A DNA stretch of 64,000 nucleotides from Frankiaceae bacterium. GTDB taxonomy: Bacteria; Actinomycetota; Actinomycetes; JAWWOL01. Location: the NCBI GenBank assembly GCA_045807125.1, contig JBJMHZ010000043.1, positions 14,357 through 78,356 on the forward strand. Direction: 5' to 3'. Positions 15,178 to 21,854 of the stretch are shown here, piece after piece. The notes under the pieces are model-generated. The model was not told the origin of the DNA. It worked only from the letters and a program-made list of their open reading frames with translations, and did no database searches. Every line of letters starts with the position of its first letter. Within the stretch, counting starts at the first letter, position 1. Both the position numbers and the translations under genes were made by a program.

Positions 15178-16593
15178 ATGACCGGGAGAGGCCCGCTGAC
15201 GACCGCGCTGGTGATCACGCACGGGCTCGCCCTGTCGGCGGACGACGCGACGCCCGTCACCGTGCCGCACCTCGTCACTGCCCTGCGCGACGGCGGTTGC
15301 TCGGCGGTGACGGTCCTCGACGACGTGCCGGGCGCCAGGGCCGCGCTCGACCGGGTGGCCGCCGCAGCGGCCGGTGGCGCCGTCCTCCTCGTGCGCGGCG
15401 ATGTCGTCCTCACCGGGAGCGCGGTGCTGACCCTGGTGACCGAGCCGCGCGGCTCGGCGGCGACGCTCGTCACGTCGAGCGGCCCCGGGTGGCGGGTACG
15501 GGTGGAGCGCGGGTCGGTCGCCAGCGCCGGCTCGCCGCTGCACTCGGTGACCGCGGCGACCGGCGTGGCGCCCGGTGCGCTCCTGGTGCGCGACCCAGCC
15601 GCCCTCGCCGGTGCCGTCGAGGCGCTGCGCCGCCTTCCCGAGCTGCCCGACGCGCTCCCGCCGCCCGACCTGGTCGCCGTCCTCACGGTCGCGCTCGTCC
15701 GCGGCGGTGCCCCGGTCGCGGCGGTGGCCGCGGACGGCTACCGGGTCCGCCTGGCCGGCTCGGCCTCCGACGCGGCCGGCGCCCTGGCCGACGCGGCCGC
15801 GGTGGACGAGCGGGCCGTCCGGCTCGCTGCGGCGGTCAAGGCCGAGGACAGCCCGTACGCCACCTATCTGGTGAGCTCCTGGTCGCGCTACCTCGCGCGC
15901 TGGGCGGCCGAGCGCGGCATCGCTCCCAACGCGGTCACCGTGGGGTCGCTGCTGCTCGGGATCGCCGCGGCCGCCGCGTTCGCGGCCGGGAGCCGCTGGT
16001 GGCTGGTGACCGGTGCGCTGCTGCTGCAGGCGTCGTTCGTGCTCGACTGCGTCGACGGAGAGGTCGCCCGCTATGCCCGCCGCTTCTCGCCGCTGGGTGG
16101 CTGGCTCGACGCGTCGTCGGACCGGGTGAAGGAGTACGCGGTCTATGCCGGCCTGGCCGTCGGTGCGATCCGCACCGGCGACGACGTGTGGGTGCTGGCC
16201 GGGGCCGCGCTCGGGCTGCAGGTGTTCCGGCACGCGGTCGACTTCGGCTTCGCGGCGCGGCAGGAGGAACGGGCACCGGTCACCGTCGTCCCGCTCGGTC
16301 AGCAGGGCGACGCCCTCGCGGCGCGGGCGGAGCCCGGCCAGGGCCGCCCGGCGGGCGCTGCCGGGCTGGGCGAGGGCGCCGTCCGGCTCTCGGCCCGCAC
16401 CAGCGCGAGCCGCGCGCTGCGCTCCGCGAAGCGGATGGTGATCCTGCCGATCGCCGAGCGCTGGGCGCTCATCTCGCTCTGCGCGGCGGTCGCCGGGGCG
16501 CGGGTGGCCTTCCTCGCGCTGCTGGCGTGGGGCGGCCTGGCGGCGGCCTACACGCTGTCCGGCCGGGTGCTGCGGTCGGTGGCCGATGCCTGA
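15178..16593 (+). CDS. Fusion protein: degenerate nucleotidyltransferase-like N-domain plus CDP-alcohol phosphotransferase membrane domain
   Basis: The CDP-OH phosphotransferase motif DCVDGEVARYARRFSPLGGWLDASSDRVKE lies in a multi-TM C-terminal half. The ~230-aa soluble N-domain (ALVITHGLALSADD...) lacks the G-x-G-x-R-L NTP loop. I chose ATG at 15178. Confidence 0.75.
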   Translation: MTGRGPLTTALVITHGLALSADDATPVTVPHLVTALRDGGCSAVTVLDDVPGARAALDRVAAAAAGGAVLLVRGDVVLTGSAVLTLVTEPRGSAATLVTSSGPGWRVRVERGSVASAGSPLHSVTAATGVAPGALLVRDPAALAGAVEALRRLPELPDALPPPDLVAVLTVALVRGGAPVAAVAADGYRVRLAGSASDAAGALADAAAVDERAVRLAAAVKAEDSPYATYLVSSWSRYLARWAAERGIAPNAVTVGSLLLGIAAAAAFAAGSRWWLVTGALLLQASFVLDCVDGEVARYARRFSPLGGWLDASSDRVKEYAVYAGLAVGAIRTGDDVWVLAGAALGLQVFRHAVDFGFAARQEERAPVTVVPLGQQGDALAARAEPGQGRPAGAAGLGEGAVRLSARTSASRALRSAKRMVILPIAERWALISLCAAVAGARVAFLALLAWGGLAAAYTLSGRVLRSVADA

Positions 16594-17179
16594 GCTGGCC
16601 GCGTACGACGACGGCGGCGCGCTCGCCGCCGCGCTCCGCCGCGCCGTCCCTGCGCTGCCGGGTGCGCGCCCCGCGCGGGCGCTGGCCGGCCTGGCCCTGC
16701 TGGCGGCCGGCGTCGCCATCGGTCCCGGCGCGCTGGTCGTGGCGGTGGTGGCGCTCGTGCTGCTCGCGGTGCCGGGGGAGCGCCGCCGCTCGGCGCTGTG
16801 GTGGCTGGTGCCCGCGCTGCTGCGGGCCGCCGAGTACGGAATGGTCGTCGCGGTCGCCGCGCGCGCCGGTCACGACGCGCCTCATGCTGCTCATGCCCTG
16901 CCGGCCGCTTACGCGCTGCTCGCGGCGTTGTCGTTCCACCACTACGACCTTGTGTACCGTATGCGCTATGCGCGGCTGGCCCCGCCGCGATGGCTCTCCG
17001 TCGCGGGCGGCGGGTTCGAGGTGCGGATGCTGGTGATCGCGCTGGTGGCTCTCGGTGGCGGGCCCGCGCTGGCGCCGGTGCTCGCGGCGCTGGCCGGCGC
17101 GCTCGCTGCCCTGTTCGTGGTCGAGAGCGTGGGTGCCTGGTGGCGATGGCTCGCCGCCGGAGGATCGGCGCTGGGATGA
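16586..17179 (+). CDS. Small polytopic membrane protein (DUF5941-like)
   Basis: The 197-aa product has 4-5 TM helices. Its ATG overlaps the upstream stop (ATGCCTGA). The conserved-looking core is WWLVPALLRAAEYGMVV...SFHHYDLVYR. The family name is from memory and unverified. Confidence 0.6.
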   Translation: MPELAAYDDGGALAAALRRAVPALPGARPARALAGLALLAAGVAIGPGALVVAVVALVLLAVPGERRRSALWWLVPALLRAAEYGMVVAVAARAGHDAPHAAHALPAAYALLAALSFHHYDLVYRMRYARLAPPRWLSVAGGGFEVRMLVIALVALGGGPALAPVLAALAGALAALFVVESVGAWWRWLAAGGSALG

Positions 17180-17192
17180 CGGGAGTCGGCTC

Positions 17193-17924
17193 GTGATCGG
17201 GATGGTGCTCGCGGCCGGTGCCGGGCGGCGGCTGCGCCCGTACACCGACACGGTGCCGAAGGCGCTGACCCCCGTGGACGGCGAGGTCACGATCCTCGAC
17301 ATCGCCCTCGCCAACCTCGCCCGGGTCGACCTGCGCGACGTCGCCATCGTGGTCGGCTACCGCGCGGAGGCGGTCGCCGAACGGGTCGACGAGCTCGAGC
17401 GCCGGCACGCGGTGCGCCTGACGCTGGTGCACAACGACCGGGCAGAGGAGTGGAACAACTGCTACTCGCTCTGGCTGGCCCGCGAGCTCTTCGCTGAGGG
17501 AGTGCTGCTGGTCAACGGCGACACGGTGCACCCGGTGAGCGTCGAGAGGACGCTGCTCGCCGCTGATGCCGCTCCGGTCGTCCTCGCCGTCGACGACGTG
17601 AAGCGGCTCGGCGAGGAGGAGATGAAGGTGACGCTCGACGACGGCGGTCACCTCGCCCGCATCACCAAGCTGATGCCACCGGCCGATGCGCACGGCGAGT
17701 ACATCGGTGCGACGCTGATCGACCCGGCGGCCGCGTCGCCGCTCGCGGCCGCGCTCGAGGAGACGTGGCGGCGCGATCCGCAGCTGTACTACGAGGATGG
17801 CTACCAGACGTACGTCGATGCCGGTGGGGTCGTGGCCGTCGCACCCATCGGCGACGTGCGGTGGGTCGAGGTGGACGACCACGCCGACCTCGCCCGAGCG
17901 CGGGAGATCGCGTGCCACTACTGA
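17193..17924 (+). CDS. Sugar/polyol-phosphate nucleotidyltransferase (LicC / IPCT-like cytidylyltransferase family)
   Basis: Motifs are (V)IGMVLAAGAGRRLRPYTDTVPKALTPV and ...NNCYSLWLARE...LLVNGDTV. The GTG at 17193 lies 14 nt after the upstream stop. Confidence 0.8.
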   Translation: MIGMVLAAGAGRRLRPYTDTVPKALTPVDGEVTILDIALANLARVDLRDVAIVVGYRAEAVAERVDELERRHAVRLTLVHNDRAEEWNNCYSLWLARELFAEGVLLVNGDTVHPVSVERTLLAADAAPVVLAVDDVKRLGEEEMKVTLDDGGHLARITKLMPPADAHGEYIGATLIDPAAASPLAAALEETWRRDPQLYYEDGYQTYVDAGGVVAVAPIGDVRWVEVDDHADLARAREIACHY

Positions 17925-17929
17925 CGCGG

Positions 17930-18970
17930 ATGGTCACCAGCCCGCTGTTCATCGACATCCGGCCGGGCGCGGTCGCGGGGCTGGGCGCGCTGCTCAGCGA
18001 CCGGCGCATCTCGGCCGACGGCCAGGTCGCGGTGGCGGTGGGGCCGGGCCAGGGCGGGCGCATCGTCGAGGCGATCCGCCCGTCGCTCGCCAACGCCGAC
18101 GTCTACCAGGTCACCGACGGCACCGTCGACGCCGCGCTGGAGCTGCAGGCGCAGCTGCGCACCCGGCCGTACGACGCGGTGGTCGGCATCGGTGGCGGCC
18201 GCATTCTCGACGTCACGAAGTACGCGGCCACCCGCATCGCGATGCCCATGGTCGCGGTCGCCACCAACCTCGCGCACGACGGCATCGCGTCGCCGGTGAG
18301 CTCGCTGGTGCACGAGGGCGGCAAGGGCTCGTTCGGCGTGACGGTGCCGCTCGCGGTGGTCGTCGACCTCGACTTCGTCCGCGAGGCGCCGCCGGAGCTG
18401 GTTCGCTCCGGCGTCGGCGACGCGGTGAGCAACCTGACCGCCATCGACGACTGGCTGCTCGCGTCGCGCGAGCGTGGCGAGCCGGTCGACGGGCTGGCGG
18501 TCGCGTTCGCGCGCACCGCTGCCGAGGCGGTGCTGCACCGCACCGACACGATCGACTCGGAGGCGTTCCTCACCGTGCTCGCCGAGGCGCTCGTGCTGTC
18601 GGGACTTGCGATGTCGGTCGCCGGATCGAGCCGGCCGAGCAGTGGTGGCGAGCACGAGATCCTGCACGCCATCGACCGGCTGTATCCGGGCACCAGCAAC
18701 CACGGCGAGCTGGCCGGCACGTGCGCGCTGTTCTCCGCGTTCCTGCGCGGCGACGAGCGGCTGTTCGAGCAGCTGTCGCGCTGCTTGTCGCGGCACGGGC
18801 TCGCGCGGGTGCCGAAGGAGCTCGGGCTCGACGAGGAGCAGTTCGCCGCTGCGGTCGCGTACGCCCCGCAGACCCGGCCGGAGCGCTACACGATCCTCGA
18901 GCACCTCCAGCTCCCGGCGGACGAGATCCGGCGGCGCGTGGGCGACTATGTCGCGGCCGTCGATAGCTGA
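17930..18970 (+). CDS. sn-Glycerol-1-phosphate dehydrogenase-like (EgsA/AraM family, iron-ADH superfamily) dehydrogenase
   Basis: The family-typical blocks are VVGIGGGRILDVTKYAA, VAVATNLAHDGIASPVSS and SSGGEHEILHAIDRL (metal His pair). The start is ATG 17930, or GTG 17912 overlapping the upstream stop. Confidence 0.7.
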   Translation: MVTSPLFIDIRPGAVAGLGALLSDRRISADGQVAVAVGPGQGGRIVEAIRPSLANADVYQVTDGTVDAALELQAQLRTRPYDAVVGIGGGRILDVTKYAATRIAMPMVAVATNLAHDGIASPVSSLVHEGGKGSFGVTVPLAVVVDLDFVREAPPELVRSGVGDAVSNLTAIDDWLLASRERGEPVDGLAVAFARTAAEAVLHRTDTIDSEAFLTVLAEALVLSGLAMSVAGSSRPSSGGEHEILHAIDRLYPGTSNHGELAGTCALFSAFLRGDERLFEQLSRCLSRHGLARVPKELGLDEEQFAAAVAYAPQTRPERYTILEHLQLPADEIRRRVGDYVAAVDS

Positions 18971-19712
18971 GCTGCGGACCGTCGCGCAGCCCGACGCGAC
19001 GATGATGCGGCGCAACGGCGAGCACTGGGCCGGCCGGCTCTACATGCGCCGGGCGTCCGTGCATGTCACCCGCGTGCTCGTCGGTACGCGAGTGACGCCC
19101 AACCAGCTGACCGGCCTGATGATCGTGGCGGGGGTGGCCGCCGGCGCGGCCGTGCTCGTACCGACGGTCGCCGGGCCGCTGCTGGCCGCGCTGCTCGTGC
19201 AGGCGTACCTCTTGCTCGACTGCGTCGACGGCGAGGTCGCCCGGTGGACCGGCCGTACGAGCGTCACCGGCGTCTACCTCGATCGGGTGGGGCACTACCT
19301 CGCCGAGGCCGCGCTCCTGGTCGGCGTCGGATTCCGCGCGGCGGCCCTGGAGCCGAACGGGTGGGCGGTGCTCGGGCTGGTCGCCGCGCTGTGCGCGGTG
19401 CTCGTGAAGGCCGAGACCGATCTGGTCGACGTGGCGCGCGCCAAGAATGGCCTGCCGGCGGTGGCCGACGTCGCCGCGATGCCGCGCAGCGCGCGCGTGG
19501 CGTCGATGCGGCGCTTCGCGTCGGCGGTGCGGCTGCACCGGATCACCGGTGCGATCGAGGCGTCGCTGCTCGTGCTCGTGGCCGGCGTGGTCGACCAGCT
19601 GCGAGGCGGGTTGACCGCGATGCGGGTCGTGGTGGCGCTCCTTGCCGTCGTTGCTGCCGTCATGGTCGTGCTGCACCTGGCGAGCATCCTGGCGTCCCGG
19701 CGGCTGTCGTGA
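18948..19712 (+). CDS. CDP-alcohol phosphotransferase family membrane protein (second copy)
   Basis: The motif is LLLDCVDGEVARWTGRTSVTGVYLDRVGHYLAE. It has multiple TM helices. The ATG at 18948 overlaps the upstream gene by 23 nt. Confidence 0.8.
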   Translation: MSRPSIAELRTVAQPDATMMRRNGEHWAGRLYMRRASVHVTRVLVGTRVTPNQLTGLMIVAGVAAGAAVLVPTVAGPLLAALLVQAYLLLDCVDGEVARWTGRTSVTGVYLDRVGHYLAEAALLVGVGFRAAALEPNGWAVLGLVAALCAVLVKAETDLVDVARAKNGLPAVADVAAMPRSARVASMRRFASAVRLHRITGAIEASLLVLVAGVVDQLRGGLTAMRVVVALLAVVAAVMVVLHLASILASRRLS

Positions 19713-20575
19713 GGGAGCTTTCGGTCTGCTGCGTGATCCTCACTCGTGGTGACCGGCCGGCCGAGCTCGCGGCCGCCGTCGACAGCGTGCTGGCGCAGGA
19801 CGGCGATCCGGTCGAGGTCGTGGTCGTCGGCAACGGCGCCGACGTGCCGGGGCTGCCTTCTGTGGTGCGCGTAGTGCGGCTGCCGGACAACGTCGGCATC
19901 GCCGCCGGCCGCAACGAGGGCGCACGGGCCTCGACCGGTGAGGTCATCGTCTTCCTGGACGATGACGGCCGGCTGGCCGACCGCGACGCGGTTGCGTTGC
20001 TGCGGCTGGCGTTCGCCGCCGACGAGCGGCTGGGCATCGTGTCGTTCCGGGTGCGCGACCCGGCCGGCGGTCCGGGTGCGCGGCGGCACGTCCCGCGGCT
20101 GCGCGCCGGCGATCCGCATCGCTCGTCGGACGTGACGACGTTCCTCGGCGGCGCGTGCGCCGTACGGCGCACGGTGCTCGACCGCTGCGGTGGGTTTCCC
20201 GACGCGTTCTTCTACGCGCACGAGGAGACCGACCTGGCCTGGCGCGCGCTCGACGCTGGCTACCGCATCCGTTACGACGCGAGCATCGAGATGCTGCACC
20301 CGGCGACCGCGCCCACCCGGCACGCCGTCTTCTACCGGTTCAACGCCCGCAACCGGGTCTGGCTCGCTCGCCGCCTGCTGCCCTGGCCGCTGGCCGTCGT
20401 TTACCTGCTCGACTGGGTGGCGCTGACCGTCGTGCGCGTGCGCGAGCCGGCCGCGCTGCGCGCCTGGTTCACCGGCTTCGCCGAGGGCTGGCGCACGCCT
20501 TGCGGCCCGCGCCGTCCGATCACCTGGCGCACGGCGTTGCGGATGACGAGGCTGGGGCGCCCACCGATCATCTAG
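19709..20575 (+). CDS. Glycosyltransferase family 2
   Basis: The GTGA overlap is with the upstream stop. Motifs are VCCVILTRGDRPAELAAAVDSVLAQ, LPDNVGIAAGRNEG, VFLDDDG and FFYAHEETDLAWR. Confidence 0.85.
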   Translation: MRELSVCCVILTRGDRPAELAAAVDSVLAQDGDPVEVVVVGNGADVPGLPSVVRVVRLPDNVGIAAGRNEGARASTGEVIVFLDDDGRLADRDAVALLRLAFAADERLGIVSFRVRDPAGGPGARRHVPRLRAGDPHRSSDVTTFLGGACAVRRTVLDRCGGFPDAFFYAHEETDLAWRALDAGYRIRYDASIEMLHPATAPTRHAVFYRFNARNRVWLARRLLPWPLAVVYLLDWVALTVVRVREPAALRAWFTGFAEGWRTPCGPRRPITWRTALRMTRLGRPPII

Positions 20576-20973
20576 GTTTGCTCTGAACCAGACCGGCAAC
20601 AGCCACTCGGGCAGATCCGCGGCGCGTTGCCCCGGAAGCACCACCGGCACGATCTTTGCTCGCGCAGCATCCGGGTCCCGGTAGACCAGCTCGCGCAGCA
20701 GGGCGGCCTCCCACCGCACTCCACGGCCCTCACCGGCAGGGGCGTCGCCCTCGGTCCCCAGCTTGTACTCGGCTGACGCGACGACGTCACGTACTGGGCG
20801 TCCCGTATCTCGCGGCGGGCCCACTCCGCCCAGTCCTGCCGCTCGTCGTCGGCGGACAGGTCGAGCTTGGCGTCGATGCCCTTGCCCCGGAGGAAGAACC
20901 AGAGCTTGCGGACCTGCTCCTCGTGCGCGGGGTCGCCATGGGCGTACGAGATGAGCACCCGCCCCGGGCTCAC
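20572..20973 (-). pseudogene. Frameshifted TIR-superfamily (SEFIR-like) domain gene
   Basis: Frame A starts at GTG 20973, with the SD GGGAGGTGA 4 nt upstream, and reads VSPGRVLISYAHGDPAHEEQVRKLWFFLRGKGIDAKLDLSADDERQDWAEWARREIRDAQYV. The domain continues in another frame from ~20785: VVASAEYKLGTEG...WEAALLRELVYRDPDAARAKIVPVVLPGQRAADLPEWLLP. The junction at 20786-20787 needs a 1-nt insertion or 2-nt deletion. The second frame has no nearby stop. Confidence 0.55.
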
Positions 20974-21048
20974 GGCTTCACCTCCCGCCATTCATCTACG
21001 GACGATGCTCTCATCCGTGGTCGCGCGGCGGCAGGGCGGCCAGGCGCC

Positions 21049-21804
21049 TCAGACCGACCGGACGTAGGTCGTGAGGGCCCCGTCGGCGTAGCGGTGGAAG
21101 GCGAGGGCGGGCGGCGCGGTCTCGTCCATGAGCTCGTCGCTCTCCCACGGCAGCATCGCCCTGGACGTCACGCCGGGCGCTACCCGCAGCGGCACCCCGG
21201 CGAACGAGCTCGCCACCGCTGCGTGCGCGTGGCCACAGAGCACGCCGACGACGTTGGGATGCCGACCGATGACTGCGGCCAGCCGCTCCGGCTCCTGCAG
21301 GCGCATGCCGTCGAGGTACGGGATGCCGATCGGCGCGGGTGGGTGGTGCAGCGCCACCAGGGCCGGTCCACCGGCGGCGCCGAGCACGCCGTCCAGCCAG
21401 TCGAGCGTCGCGTCGCCGAGCCGACCCTCGTTGCGTCCGGCGATCGTGGAGTCGCAGACCGCGATCGTCAGGTCGCTTACCGTCCGTGCCTGGTCGAGTG
21501 GGTCGTCCGGCTCGCTGTCCCAGCTGCCGGGCAGCCCGGCGCGGAAGGTCGCGCGGTGGTCGTGGTTCCCCGGGCAGACCAGTACCTCGGCGCGGTCGGC
21601 CAGCGGGGCGAGCAGCCCGGCGACCTCCTCGTACTGGCGCTCGCTGCCGCTGTCGGCGATGTCGCCGGTCACCAGCACCGCGTCGAGCCGTCCGGGCAAG
21701 CCCGCCAGGTAGTCCACCGCTCGCCGGGCACGGGCGAGGTTGCGCTCCGACCCGTCGACGTGCAGGTCGCTCAGGTGGGCCAGCAGGACCGGCGCCTCCG
21801 CCAT
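21049..21804 (-). CDS. Calcineurin-like metallophosphoesterase (CpdA/GpdQ-like phosphodiesterase)
   Basis: The signature motifs are HLSDLHVD, VTGDIADSG, CPGNHD, LHHPP and CGHAH. No signal peptide is present. Confidence 0.8.
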   Translation of the reverse strand: MAEAPVLLAHLSDLHVDGSERNLARARRAVDYLAGLPGRLDAVLVTGDIADSGSERQYEEVAGLLAPLADRAEVLVCPGNHDHRATFRAGLPGSWDSEPDDPLDQARTVSDLTIAVCDSTIAGRNEGRLGDATLDWLDGVLGAAGGPALVALHHPPAPIGIPYLDGMRLQEPERLAAVIGRHPNVVGVLCGHAHAAVASSFAGVPLRVAPGVTSRAMLPWESDELMDETAPPALAFHRYADGALTTYVRSV

Positions 21805-21854
21805 GCACGTCCCCCTCGCTGCGACAACCGGTACGACATCCTAGTCTTCGAGGC

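Noticed and set aside
13875-15686. The full 603-aa version of the sulfotransferase ORF.
   Set aside because: The first ~210 codons are Arg/Ser/Thr/Pro-rich. They overlap the divergent CDP-alcohol phosphotransferase fusion gene, which starts at 15178. An internal ATG at 15053 gives a coherent protein.
20572-20991. Programmed ribosomal frameshifting as an explanation for the split SEFIR/TIR-like gene.
   Set aside because: There is no slippery heptamer or downstream structure evident at 20780-20795, and the second frame lacks a proper stop. Decay or a sequencing indel is more parsimonious.
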